DNA of 64,000 nt. Origin: Candidatus Bathyarchaeota archaeon. Lineage in GTDB: Archaea; Thermoproteota; Bathyarchaeia; Bathyarchaeales; Bathycorpusculaceae. Both the position numbers and the translations under genes were made by a program. Below the pieces are notes generated by a model. That model had not been told where the DNA came from. It did not search any database and was given only the letters and a program-made list of their open reading frames with translations. The stretch spans positions 78,664 through 142,663 of the forward strand of contig CAVTBV010000002.1 in NCBI GenBank assembly GCA_963733095.1, in the 5' to 3' direction. Shown in pieces: positions 46,807-57,170 of this stretch (position 1 is the stretch's first letter; each line of letters begins with the position of its first letter).

Positions 46807-49305
46807 ATGGATGAGTTTTCCCGTAAGCATTCCATGAACGCTACGTCTAACGCTAATTGCACGAATGCTGAAGAGAAACTCAATGCAAGCGAAGAACGTT
46901 ACCACTCCCTGTTCTCGAACATGATAGATGGCTTTGCTTTCTGCCAGATGATCTTTGATGAAGAAAACAAGCCAATCGACTTTGTTTACTTAGAAATTAA
47001 TGACGCTTTTGAGCGGATAACTGGGATGAAAAGGGCACTAGTCATCGGAAAGAAAGTGACGCAAGTTATTCCTGGAATCAAAGAAGCAAACCCAGAATTA
47101 TTCGAAATCTACGGCAGAGTTGCCTTATTTTGCAAAGAAGAAAAGTTTGAAACATTCTTTAAGCCCCTAAGTTTGTGGCTGTCCATATCCGTTTATTGTC
47201 CACAAAAAGGTTACTTTGCCGCCATATTCGAAGACATTACAAAACGCAAACAAGCCCAGGAGGCATTGGTGGAAAACGAGAAACGCCTCAACCGAAGCCA
47301 AGAAATTGCGCATCTGGGAAGCTGGGAACTTGACCTAACTAATAATCAGCTTACGTGGTCTGATGAAGTTTACCGAATCTTCGGGTTGAAACCCCGAGAA
47401 TTCGGTGCCACCTATGAAGCTTTTCTTAGCGCGGTACACCCTGACGATAGGGCAGCAGTTGACGCAGTATACTCACGTTCGTTGCTTGAGGGAAGAGATT
47501 CATATGAGATTGAGCATCGGGTTGTAAGAAAAAACACAGGCGAAATACGGGTGGTTTACGAGAAATGCGAGCATTTTCGAGATGAATCTGGCAAGATTAT
47601 CCGCTCAGTCGGTATGGTTCATGATATAACAGAACAAAAGAAAGCTGAGCAGGAGCTTTGGAGGGCAAAGCAAGATTGGGAACGCACATTTGACAGCGTC
47701 CCAGATTTAATAGCGGTTTTGGATAATGATTTTAGGATTCTTCGGGCTAATCGCGCTATGGCGCAGCAGTTGGGGGTATCTAAGGAGGCTGCGGTTGGGT
47801 TGTTCTGTTATGAATGCGTGCATGGATTGGAAGGTCCGCCTGATTTTTGTCCTCACGCCCAAACCGTGAATGATGGCAAAGAGCACAGGGCTGAAGTACA
47901 TGAGCCTCGTTTGGGAGGTGACTTCTTGGTTAGTACAACGCCGCTTAGAGATGACCAAGGAAACCTTGTGGGCACCGTTCATGTTGCCAGGAACATCACT
48001 GAACGCAAAAAATCTGAGAAAGCATTAAGCAACCTCAACCGTCACTTAAGAGCCATCAGCAACAGCAACCAAGCCCTTATACATGCAACTGATCAGAATG
48101 ACTTAACCCAAGAAGTATGCAACATAATTATCCACGATTGTGGCTACCCTCTTGTTTGGGTGGGAATGGCGGAACATGACAAAAACAAAACGGTGCGCCC
48201 AGTAGCCTATGCTGGATTTGACAAAGAATACATCGACCAGTTGAAAATAACTTGGGCAGACAAACCGCGCGGACGCGGACCCACAGGAAAAGTAATCCGA
48301 ACAGGAAAACCCTACGTTTGCAAGAGCTTAAAAACGGATCCTAACTTTGCGCCATGGCGTGAACTTGCAATGAAAAGAAAATACACCGCAACCCTTGTCC
48401 TACCTTTAAATTCGTTTGAGGGTAAAACCTTCGGTGCCCTAAACATCTACAGCCAAGGGCCAGATCCATTCCCTGAAGAAGAAATCAAACTCTTAACTGA
48501 ACTTGCAAACGACTTTGCTTATGGGATTGAGCTTTTGAGGCTTCGCAAAGAACGAGAACAATCGACTTCTCAACTAGAAAAATACGCTAACCAAATGGAA
48601 GAGCTTGCTAATGAAAGAGCAAAACAACTCAAAGAAAACATGCGGCTTGTGGTCATCGGGCAAACAGCTGGCATGGTTGGGCATGATATCCGTAATCCGC
48701 TGCAAGCCATAGTTGGAGAACTTTATCTTGCAAGGGACGAAGTGGCTTCAATGCCCAGTGGCGATGCAAAACGGAACCTTCAAGAAAACATTTCGGCTAT
48801 CGAGGAAAACCTGTTCTACATCGACAAAATAGTTGCAGACCTACAAGATTACACCAAACCACTCAAACCCAACAAAGAAAAAATCGCCGTCGAAAAAGCC
48901 ATCGAAGAAGCATTACTCATAGTTGCTATCCCAAGTAACCTCCAGGTAAACATAGAAATTGAAAAGAACTATCCAAACCTCACCGCCGATCTTGCAATGC
49001 TAAAGCGGGCACTAATGAACTTAATCCAAAACGCTGTACAAGCGATGCCAAACGGTGGATTATTAAAGATAAATGCAAAGTACACCGCAAATTACGCTTA
49101 CATCATTGTTGAAGATACAGGCGAAGGCATCCCCCAAGAAGTAAAAGACAAACTTTTCACCCCCCTGTTTACCACAAAATCAAAAGGTCAAGGTTTTGGA
49201 TTAGCAGTCGTGAAACGCTTAATTGAAGCTCAAGATGGTTCAATAACTTTTGAGAGCCAACTGGGCAATGGTACAACCTTCACCATAAAGTTGCCCTTAA
49301 CCTAA
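46807..49305 (+). CDS. PAS/PAS/PAS/GAF sensor histidine kinase
   Basis: Three PAS-PAC units, GAF, HDIRNPLQ, HATPase boxes. Confidence 0.94.
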   Translation: MDEFSRKHSMNATSNANCTNAEEKLNASEERYHSLFSNMIDGFAFCQMIFDEENKPIDFVYLEINDAFERITGMKRALVIGKKVTQVIPGIKEANPELFEIYGRVALFCKEEKFETFFKPLSLWLSISVYCPQKGYFAAIFEDITKRKQAQEALVENEKRLNRSQEIAHLGSWELDLTNNQLTWSDEVYRIFGLKPREFGATYEAFLSAVHPDDRAAVDAVYSRSLLEGRDSYEIEHRVVRKNTGEIRVVYEKCEHFRDESGKIIRSVGMVHDITEQKKAEQELWRAKQDWERTFDSVPDLIAVLDNDFRILRANRAMAQQLGVSKEAAVGLFCYECVHGLEGPPDFCPHAQTVNDGKEHRAEVHEPRLGGDFLVSTTPLRDDQGNLVGTVHVARNITERKKSEKALSNLNRHLRAISNSNQALIHATDQNDLTQEVCNIIIHDCGYPLVWVGMAEHDKNKTVRPVAYAGFDKEYIDQLKITWADKPRGRGPTGKVIRTGKPYVCKSLKTDPNFAPWRELAMKRKYTATLVLPLNSFEGKTFGALNIYSQGPDPFPEEEIKLLTELANDFAYGIELLRLRKEREQSTSQLEKYANQMEELANERAKQLKENMRLVVIGQTAGMVGHDIRNPLQAIVGELYLARDEVASMPSGDAKRNLQENISAIEENLFYIDKIVADLQDYTKPLKPNKEKIAVEKAIEEALLIVAIPSNLQVNIEIEKNYPNLTADLAMLKRALMNLIQNAVQAMPNGGLLKINAKYTANYAYIIVEDTGEGIPQEVKDKLFTPLFTTKSKGQGFGLAVVKRLIEAQDGSITFESQLGNGTTFTIKLPLT

Positions 49306-49327
49306 CTTTTTCTAAATAAAACAAGTA

Positions 49328-49644
49328 GCGGTGGACCACTGCGGTTTGACGCCCAGACTCCGTCTGAAGCCTCCAAACCCTACACTCTTACCCGCACCCC
49401 CTTGAGCGCATAACGTCCAAACTTAGGTTGCTCTCTCCCGAGCCTAGCCGGGTTCGCCTGCTAAACGACGAAGTAACTTCCCTACGGAAGCCACCCATCG
49501 ACCGCCAGCCCCAAAGGACGGATAGTCACTGGTTCGGAAATGGAAGTCCAAGCGGCCTTTGACGCCTCATCCGCAGATGTCAGCCCGTCATGTAGAGGAT
49601 TTACGGTACAATGGACCCCTAACCCACCGCTTAAGATCCACCGC
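49328..49644 (-). ncRNA. ffs: Archaeal SRP (7S) RNA
   Basis: Helix 8 AACCCGGCUAGGCUC-GGGA-GAGAGCAACC; ends pair (GCGGUGGAUC/GGUCCACCGC); about 317 nt; TTTATA upstream. Confidence 0.93.
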
Positions 49645-49706
49645 CGCACATAGATGGATTAATCCAACTATAAAACTTTCCCACATGTGACCAGTGCAGT
49701 TACAGG

Positions 49707-50513
49707 TCACTTCACGGTTCTTGCTGCTGATTTGAGTAATTGTGCTGTTGTCTGGAGCTGTTTTAGCATGGTGGGACTTTTTTGTTGAATGATGTTAATG
49801 AAGGCGCTACCAACGATTGCTGCATCTGCGCCCGCGGTAACTACCTTCTGGACGTGTTCGGGTTTTGAAATGCCAAATCCAACCGCCAAGGGAATTTTAC
49901 CTGCTGTAAACGGCAAAACACGCTTTATTAGTTGGACAGTAGAGTTTTCAACCGTTGTTTTTGTACCCGTAACTCCATAATGCGAAACCAAATACAGAAA
50001 ACCGCTACTGCACGCAACAATTTTGCCCAAACGCTCGTTGGATGTAGACGGCGCAGCAAGAAAAACCGTGTCCAAACCAAACTCTTTGGCGACTTCTTTG
50101 TAATCAGCTGCTTCTTCAACGGGCAAGTCGGGAACTATGAATCCATCAACCATGCACTCTTTAGCAGAACTGAGGAATTTTTCAAGTCCAATTCTGAAAA
50201 CGGGGTTATAGTACGTCATAACCACGATGGGTATGTCATGTTGGCTTTTGATTTGCTTAGCGATTTTCAGCACTTTTGCTGGCGTTGTGCCGGCGTTCAA
50301 AGCGCGTAAACCTGCGGCTTGAATCGTTGGTCCATCAGCGATGGGGTCAGAAAATGGCAATCCCAACTCAAGAATGTCTACACCTCCTTTGATGAGGGCA
50401 TCGGCGATTTTGGGTGTCTGCTCTGGAGTTGGGTCTCCAGCCATGATGTAACCGATTAAGGCTCCACTGCTCTGTTCCTTCGCTTTTTGAAATGCTTTAG
50501 TTATTTTGCTCAT
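49707..50513 (-). CDS. trpA: Tryptophan synthase alpha
   Basis: [33 protein letters not shown]. Confidence 0.97.
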   Translation of the reverse strand: MSKITKAFQKAKEQSSGALIGYIMAGDPTPEQTPKIADALIKGGVDILELGLPFSDPIADGPTIQAAGLRALNAGTTPAKVLKIAKQIKSQHDIPIVVMTYYNPVFRIGLEKFLSSAKECMVDGFIVPDLPVEEAADYKEVAKEFGLDTVFLAAPSTSNERLGKIVACSSGFLYLVSHYGVTGTKTTVENSTVQLIKRVLPFTAGKIPLAVGFGISKPEHVQKVVTAGADAAIVGSAFINIIQQKSPTMLKQLQTTAQLLKSAARTVK

Positions 50514-51706
50514 ATTTTCGCCCCGATGTAATCTGCGATCGTTTCTACGTCTTTGTCTCCTCGTCCCGAGAGAGTAATCACGATTGACTGGTTTTTCTTC
50601 ATCTTCGGCGCCAACTTCATAGCGTAGGCAACGGCATGCGACGATTCCAAAGCTGGCAAAATCCCTTCTTGTTTAGATAATTCTAAAAAAGCATCGACAG
50701 CTTCTTTGTCTTTTATAGAAGCGTATTCGGCACGTTGGGAAATTTTCAGGAAGGAATGCTCTGGTCCAACGCCTGGGTAGTCTAAGCCTGCTGAGACGCT
50801 GCTGGTGTTCTGAATTTGTCCGTTGCTGTCTTGGAGAACGTAGGTTAGCATGCCGTGGAAGACGCCTTCTTCGCCAGCTCCAAGCGATGCGGCATGTTTG
50901 CCTGTTTCTATGCCCTCGCCTGCAGCTTCAACACCGTAGAGCGCCACTTCCTTGTCATCCTCAAATGGGTAGAATGTACCCATAGCGTTGCTTCCACCTC
51001 CTACACAAGCCACCAACGCATCTGGCAGTTTGCCTTCTTTTTTCTGGAATTGCACTTTGATTTCGTTGCCGATGACGCTTTGGAAATCGCGGACAATCAT
51101 GGGGTACGGATGCGGACCCACAACTGACCCAATCAAGTAGTATGTGGTTTCGAGGTTGGTTACCCAGTCGCGGAAGGCTTCGTTAATGGAGTCTTTGAGG
51201 GTTTTGGAGCCCGTTTCCACAGGATGAACCTGTGCATTTAGCAGTTTCATTCGGAAAACGTTGAGGCGTTGGCGTTCGCAGTCTTCGGTTCCCATGTAAA
51301 TCTCTGCTTTCAAACCTAATGCGGCACATGCAATCGCAGTTGCTACGCCATGTTGTCCAGCGCCGGTCTCGGCGATGATGCGGGTCTTTCCCATCCGTTT
51401 GGCGAGCAGGGCTTGCCCGAGGGTGTTGTTTATTTTATGTGCTCCACCATGAGCAAGGTCTTCGCGTTTAAGGTAGATTTTTGCTCCGCCCAATTTACGA
51501 GTCAAGTTTTCGGCAAGGTAGAGCGGTGTTGGTCTTCCAACGAACTCTGTGAGGTAATAATCGAGTTCTTTTTGAAAATCAGCATCTTTTCTTGCCTTCT
51601 CATAAGCCTGTTCAAGTTCCACGATGGCTTCCATCAAAACTTCAGGAACAAATCGCCCACCAAACTTGCCATATTTACCATCAACCGGGTAATTGGTCAA
51701 CTTCAT
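50510..51706 (-). CDS. trpB: Tryptophan synthase beta (TrpB1 type)
   Basis: [41 protein letters not shown]. Confidence 0.97.
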   Translation of the reverse strand: MKLTNYPVDGKYGKFGGRFVPEVLMEAIVELEQAYEKARKDADFQKELDYYLTEFVGRPTPLYLAENLTRKLGGAKIYLKREDLAHGGAHKINNTLGQALLAKRMGKTRIIAETGAGQHGVATAIACAALGLKAEIYMGTEDCERQRLNVFRMKLLNAQVHPVETGSKTLKDSINEAFRDWVTNLETTYYLIGSVVGPHPYPMIVRDFQSVIGNEIKVQFQKKEGKLPDALVACVGGGSNAMGTFYPFEDDKEVALYGVEAAGEGIETGKHAASLGAGEEGVFHGMLTYVLQDSNGQIQNTSSVSAGLDYPGVGPEHSFLKISQRAEYASIKDKEAVDAFLELSKQEGILPALESSHAVAYAMKLAPKMKKNQSIVITLSGRGDKDVETIADYIGAKI

Positions 51707-52479
51707 GCTTTAACAAACTCCCTGACTTTTTGCTCGATGTTTTCAGTTAACATAATGCTTGACCCGATGAGGAAAGCCTTTGCACCACAACTTCGCAGGA
51801 ACTGCAGCTCTTCGACCGTTTTGATTCCGCTTTCACATACAACCACTTTGCCACGAGGACTATTTCTTTTAAGGATCTCTTTTGTGGTGTTTAAGTCGAT
51901 TTTTAGGGTTGCTAGGTTTCGGTTGTTGATTCCAACAAGGTCAGCGTTGGTTTCAACTGCAGAGCGGAATTCTTCTTCGCTGTGAGTTTCAAGCAAAACC
52001 TCAAGTCCCTTAGCGTGAGCAAACGCAATGGTCTTTTCCACGGTCATTTCGCAACAACCCTTATCAAAAAGTGCCTGAATCAAGAGTACAGCGTCTGCGC
52101 CTATTTGAGCGGCAACTTCTATTTGGTCTGCAACCAGAATTATATCTTTCATTAGAAGCGGCAGTTTTACTGCTTCTCTTGCTTGGATGAGTGTGGATAG
52201 GGAACCGTTGAAGTGAATTGGCTCGGTTAAAACAGAAATGCCGACAGCACCGCCTTTTTCCATGGCTTGAGCAACTTCTTTTGGGTTCAGTTGGTTTCTG
52301 ATTGTCCCGAGGGATGGTGAAGCGGCTTTAATCTCGGTTATCACGGGGTTGGCAGTGCACTCTAAGATTGCATTCTTCAGGCTAATCTTTGGTTGTTTTG
52401 CGCGTTCTGAGGTTTGGTAGTATCCGCTGTCGATTGTTCTCGTAGCATCCATTGCCAATGTATCTAGAAAATCATTCAT
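51703..52479 (-). CDS. trpC: Indole-3-glycerol-phosphate synthase
   Basis: EIK.ASPS.G, SVLTEP..F.GS, GINNRNL, ESGI. Confidence 0.96.
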   Translation of the reverse strand: MNDFLDTLAMDATRTIDSGYYQTSERAKQPKISLKNAILECTANPVITEIKAASPSLGTIRNQLNPKEVAQAMEKGGAVGISVLTEPIHFNGSLSTLIQAREAVKLPLLMKDIILVADQIEVAAQIGADAVLLIQALFDKGCCEMTVEKTIAFAHAKGLEVLLETHSEEEFRSAVETNADLVGINNRNLATLKIDLNTTKEILKRNSPRGKVVVCESGIKTVEELQFLRSCGAKAFLIGSSIMLTENIEQKVREFVKA

Positions 52480-53530
52480 ATTTTCCTTCCAACTCCTCAA
52501 GCTTCTGTAGACTGCCGCCTGACACTTTAATTAGTTCTTTCAGTTTTGCGTATGCGGCTCCGCTGGAAATTGATTTTGTGGCGATTTCCATGGCGTCAAC
52601 AAAGTTTTCAGCTTTGCCGCCCACGATGATCCCCGCGGCGCTGTTGACGAGAACAATATCATTCTTTGCTTCGTTGGTGATTTTCCCTTTTAGGATTTTG
52701 AAGAGGATTTCTGCGTTTTCCTCTATCGTTGACGACTGTAAATCAGATATTTTTGCTGTTTTTACCCCAAAATTGCTTGGAACAAACTCCAATTTAGTCA
52801 CATTACCTTTCTTTAAGTGGGCGATGACTGTTTTTCCAATAGTTGAAATCTCATCCAACCCATCAAGCCCATGAACAACCATTGCTTCCTCACAACCTAA
52901 CTTCCCAAGCGCATAAGCCATTGGAACAACCAGTTTTGAGTCATAGACTCCAAGCAACTGAGCGTTTGCACATGCTGGGTTTGTTAAGGGTCCAAGGATG
53001 TTGAAGATTGTTCGGATGCCGATTTCCTGTCGGGTTTCTGCGGCATATTTCATGGCTGGATGAAATGCAGGCGCATACATGAAACCCACTCCCACTGTTT
53101 CAATAAAACCTTGGACTTTGAGAGGTTCAACGTTGAGGTTAAGTCCCATATTCTCCAAGACATCTGCACTGCCGCTTTTGCTGGTAACCGCTCGGTTTCC
53201 ATGCTTAGCTACCGAGACCCCGGCGCCAGCTATAACAAATGCCGCCGCGGTGCTGACGTTGAAAGTTTTTATCTTGTCGCCGCCCGTCCCGCAAGTGTCA
53301 ACTAAACGACCGTGAACGCGGGGTTGAATTTGACAGCAACTCTCTCGCATAACCGAAGCAAAAGCAATTAGTTCCTCAACCGCTTCCCCCTTCATTCGCA
53401 ATGCAGTCAGGAATGCAGCTGTTTGAGCGTTTGTTGCTTTGCCAGAAATGACTTCTCGCATTATTTCGCCAGATTCCTCAAAAGTCAAGTTTTTGCCTTC
53501 GATGAGTATCCGAATGCCTTCCCGAATCAA
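52472..53530 (-). CDS. trpD: Anthranilate phosphoribosyltransferase
   Basis: DTCGTGGD, NVST, KHGNR..SKSGSAD, GPLTNP, GLDEI. Confidence 0.97.
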   Translation of the reverse strand: MIREGIRILIEGKNLTFEESGEIMREVISGKATNAQTAAFLTALRMKGEAVEELIAFASVMRESCCQIQPRVHGRLVDTCGTGGDKIKTFNVSTAAAFVIAGAGVSVAKHGNRAVTSKSGSADVLENMGLNLNVEPLKVQGFIETVGVGFMYAPAFHPAMKYAAETRQEIGIRTIFNILGPLTNPACANAQLLGVYDSKLVVPMAYALGKLGCEEAMVVHGLDGLDEISTIGKTVIAHLKKGNVTKLEFVPSNFGVKTAKISDLQSSTIEENAEILFKILKGKITNEAKNDIVLVNSAAGIIVGGKAENFVDAMEIATKSISSGAAYAKLKELIKVSGGSLQKLEELEGKYE

Positions 53531-54111
53531 CGTTTCTCCTCCAAGAAATTTTTAATGATTAGTTTACCATCTTCGCAAAGGATGGATTCTGGGTGGAATT
53601 GGACACCGTATATTGGATATTCAACGTGGCGTACGGCCATAATTTCTCCGTCCTCTACGGATTCAGCTGTTATTTGTAGGCATGCTGGAATGGAGCGTCG
53701 CTCGCCAGCAAGAGAGTGGTATCTTGTGGCGCTGAAGGGGTTGCGAACACCTTTGAAGATGCCTTTTTGGTCATGTTTTATAGTGGAAGTTTTGCCGTGC
53801 ATGAGTTTTTTTGCATGGATAACTTTTCCGCCAAACGCGTAGATTATGCCTTGGTGACCTAAACAGACGCCCAATGTGGGTGTTTTCGGGCTTAGGTTTC
53901 GGAGGATTGCGGAGCAGACTCCGAAGTTTTTTTCGTCTTCCGGTGTGCCTGGACCTGGCGATATTACGATTCGGTCAGGTTTTTGCTTGATTATCTCTTC
54001 GAGACTGGTTTGGTCGTTTCTGTAAACGATTACTTCTGCTCCAAGCTCACCTATGTACTGGACAAGGTTATAGACGAATGAATCATAATTGTCAATTACG
54101 ACTACTTTCAT
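53527..54111 (-). CDS. trpG: Anthranilate synthase component II
   Basis: IDNYDSF, SPGPG, GVCLGHQ, QFHPES. Confidence 0.96.
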   Translation of the reverse strand: MKVVVIDNYDSFVYNLVQYIGELGAEVIVYRNDQTSLEEIIKQKPDRIVISPGPGTPEDEKNFGVCSAILRNLSPKTPTLGVCLGHQGIIYAFGGKVIHAKKLMHGKTSTIKHDQKGIFKGVRNPFSATRYHSLAGERRSIPACLQITAESVEDGEIMAVRHVEYPIYGVQFHPESILCEDGKLIIKNFLEEKR

Positions 54112-55490
54112 GGGTGTTTGCCTCCTGCGGCATGTTCGAGAGCTTTCATGAGTGCTTTGGCTTTGTGGTCGGTTTCAAACCATTCTTTTTCAGGAATTGA
54201 ATCCGCTACGATGCCTGCGCCCACTTGAATGTAGGCTCGGTTGCCGTCTGAGAATAGGGTTCGTATGGTTATAGCAAAGTCAGAGTTGCCGTTACAGCTG
54301 AAATACCCTACTGCGCCAGCGTAAGGTCCACGGCGGGAGGGTTCCAGTTCCTCGATTATTTCCATAGCGCGAACTTTGGGTGCCCCCGAAACTGTTCCCG
54401 CAGGAAACACCGCCTTTAACGCGTCAAAACTTTCTAAGCCTTCCTCCAATTCACCCGTAACCTGAGATACGATGTGTTGGACGTGGCTGAACTGGTGAAC
54501 CTGCATAAACTCGGGAACAGAGATAGATCCATACTTGCTGATTCTGCCTACATCATTCCTTGCCAAATCAACCAGCATCACGTGCTCGGCACATTCTTTT
54601 TGGTCTTTTAAAAGTTCTTTGCCAAGGCGCAAGTTTTCTTGTTGGTCCGCTGTGATTGGGGTTGTGCCTGCTATGGGGAAGGTTACTATTTTTCGGTTGT
54701 CGACGCGAACAAGCATTTCTGGGCTGGCGCCTACGATTTGGCGTTTGTCGGATTTGTAGTAGAACATGTATGGTGATGGGTTGATTTGGCGTAGGCTTTT
54801 GTAGAATGTTAAGAGGCTTCCGGTGTATTCGAATTGGAAGCGTTTGGATAGGACAACTTGAAAGATGTCTCCTGCAGTGATGTATTGTTTGGCTTTTTCG
54901 ACGGCTTGCTCGAAATTTTCTTTCGACGTGTTAATTGTAGGCTGAGTATATGTAAAGAGATCTTCAGGTGGGGCAGGCTCGTTTAGCAGTTCAGTTATTT
55001 CCGCAAGCCGATTTTCGCCCCTGAAATAATAATAAGCCTGGTTGATCATGTGGTTAAAAACAATTCCATCCTCAAAAATCCCCATCTCTACATCCGGGAA
55101 CTGGAGGTCGTCTGGTTTTTGGCTGGGTAGTTTTTCGAAGTATCTTACAGCGTCATAAGATATGTATCCTAAGGCTCCGCCGATAAAACGGAAATCCACT
55201 ACTTGATTTTCATAGGGTTGGAGTTGTTCTTGGATGAGTTTGAAGGGGTCGTTTGATTGTTGGATTAGGGTTTGGGTTGTGGTTGTTTTGAGGTTTTTTG
55301 TGGTGACTGAGCCGTTTTTGGCGGTTATGTTGATTTTGGGGTCAAACCCTAAGAATGAGTATTGGGCGAGTTTTTGGGGTCCTTCGATGGATTCTAGGAG
55401 GTAGGCGGTTTTGTATTTTTGGTGGAGTTTTGAGAATATTTCTATGGGTTGGTTTGTGTAGTTGAATTTAACGTAGTTTAGTGGGTTCAT
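54108..55490 (-). CDS. trpE: Anthranilate synthase component I
   Basis: LLES, NPSPY, EHVMLVDLARND, FPAGTVSGAPK. Confidence 0.96.
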   Translation of the reverse strand: MNPLNYVKFNYTNQPIEIFSKLHQKYKTAYLLESIEGPQKLAQYSFLGFDPKINITAKNGSVTTKNLKTTTTQTLIQQSNDPFKLIQEQLQPYENQVVDFRFIGGALGYISYDAVRYFEKLPSQKPDDLQFPDVEMGIFEDGIVFNHMINQAYYYFRGENRLAEITELLNEPAPPEDLFTYTQPTINTSKENFEQAVEKAKQYITAGDIFQVVLSKRFQFEYTGSLLTFYKSLRQINPSPYMFYYKSDKRQIVGASPEMLVRVDNRKIVTFPIAGTTPITADQQENLRLGKELLKDQKECAEHVMLVDLARNDVGRISKYGSISVPEFMQVHQFSHVQHIVSQVTGELEEGLESFDALKAVFPAGTVSGAPKVRAMEIIEELEPSRRGPYAGAVGYFSCNGNSDFAITIRTLFSDGNRAYIQVGAGIVADSIPEKEWFETDHKAKALMKALEHAAGGKHP

Positions 55491-55588
55491 TGTGGTTTGT
55501 GTTGGCGTTGTGCCAAAGGCGATTCCCCATTTTGCAATACTTCCGTATAGTTCAGAAGTATACTGAAATGTTTTATTTAAGGCTTACC

Positions 55589-55604
55589 AGTACAAAAATG
55601 TACG
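55589..55604. promoter_or_regulatory. TRP-box-like pair AGTACA-N4-TGTACG
   Basis: Inverted repeat just upstream of the minus-strand TATA (TTAAATAA, 55573-55580) of trpE. Confidence 0.55.
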
Positions 55605-55711
55605 TGATGTATGTTCGAGCTCAATGCCTTCTGGTTCAAATACTTAAAACCAACCAACTTGGCCGTTTTGGCTTGACCTAGCTCACTTGATGGCTATGCA
55701 AGACTCCAAAA

Positions 55712-55903
55712 GGAGTGATTTCAGCACTCTACTATTTCGAAGGCGACATTAGCCAGAATTTGGGAAACCTTGTGAATAATTATCCTGATGCGTCGTTGGA
55801 GGCAGGCAAAATCCATATGTGTAGGGATTGGGTTTTGCCGTTAAACAAAGTTCGATCTTTGGATAAAATGAAGACTGATTAAGTTAAGAAAAAACCACAA
55901 TAA
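55712..55903 (+). repeat. Diverged direct repeat copy 1 (3' gene remnant)
   Basis: Encodes GVISALYYFEGDISQNLGNLVNNYPDASLEAGKIHMCRDWVLPL..; aligns with 56828-57020. Confidence 0.85.
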
Positions 55904-56033
55904 CAAGATGGAACTTGACCATTTTATTGACTTCCTTTAATTTTCTTCGTTCCCAATAATTGCATATGCAATTCGCGATAAGCAAATATTTCTTAATAAT
56001 ATACCAAGCAATTCTGCACACCCCTAAAGTTTT

Positions 56034-56579
56034 TTACGGTTTGCTCACAGTAACCAGTTTGGCGTTGTTGATTAGGAACATGTTGTTGCTGTAGTTGATA
56101 CGGCAATCAAACAGGTAAGTCTGGTTTAACATGATTCCGTTGAAGAGAGTTCCGTTGTTGGCGATGTAGAGAGTTCGCCCATTAGCAAGATTAATCGAGT
56201 AATCTACATTTGATAGATCTGTAACTTTAGATTTCGAAACTACCACACCACCTTGAGGATTAACATCTTCAATTATGATCATTTTGTTGTTGTAATCAAT
56301 TCGACAGGTAAAGGTGTACTTTTGATTCACATCCACTAGTATGCTGTCATAAAGAGCAGAGTTATTTTGAATATACAATACTCGACCATCATTGAGATTA
56401 ACAGCATAAGTGGCGGCTGGCGATCTATCTGTTAAACGGACTTTGGAGACTACAAACCCACTTTCTGCGTCAGGAATAGTTGCAGTACGTATGGAATCCT
56501 CAACAACAACCACGATGACCGCCAACGTTGCCAACGAAACGACCACAACTAAGACCACGGTTAGTTTGAATGCGTCCAT
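56034..56579 (-). CDS. Membrane-anchored protein with two tandem beta-rich repeats
   Basis: N-terminal TM; twice G.VVSK...TD..Y..NL..GR.LYI.NN..L...I..NQ.Y.F.CRI.Y.N. Confidence 0.8.
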   Translation of the reverse strand: MDAFKLTVVLVVVVSLATLAVIVVVVEDSIRTATIPDAESGFVVSKVRLTDRSPAATYAVNLNDGRVLYIQNNSALYDSILVDVNQKYTFTCRIDYNNKMIIIEDVNPQGGVVVSKSKVTDLSNVDYSINLANGRTLYIANNGTLFNGIMLNQTYLFDCRINYSNNMFLINNAKLVTVSKP

Positions 56580-56671
56580 GACTATTTTCCTTCTTTCTGA
56601 ATGATTATTGAGGGAGTTGAACTAATAAAAAAATCGATAAACAATACTCATTAGCAATTACCCTCGCAAGG

Positions 56672-57020
56672 TTGCATATGCTATACCAATACCTGGTCTT
56701 AGCGGATAAGAATTTGAAGATCGGTGTAGGAATCACACAAACAACATTCACCTTCACCAACGCCATCACATACAACACTGGAGCAATAGGTATTGGCGCA
56801 AGATCAACAGGACTCACTCCCTACGACGGAGTAATCTCAGCACTCTACTATTTCGAAGGCGACATCAGCGCAAATTTAAGAAACCTTGTAAATTATTATC
56901 CGAATGCTTCGTTGGAGACAGGAAAAATCCATACCCTCAGGGATTGGGTTTTACCGCTGGATAAGGTTCAATCTTTGGACAAATTGAAAGTTGATTAAGT
57001 AAAGGAAAAGTCCACAATAA
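56672..57020 (+). repeat. Direct repeat copy 2, within a 108-aa ORF (probable fragment)
   Basis: GVISALYYFEGDISANLRNLVNYYPNASLETGKIHTLRDWVLPL; shared 3' tail CCACAATAA. Confidence 0.75.
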
Positions 57021-57170
57021 TTTTTAAAAATGTTTTAGCGTAATACTGCAAAGTTATTTAAATAAGAAGTTGACATAAAGGGAATTTGGCAAGAAGTTTC
57101 TTTCAATACTTTTTAACCTAAATTAAGGAACGGAACTTCTTGACCATAATGAAAGGAAAAGAAAAACAAA

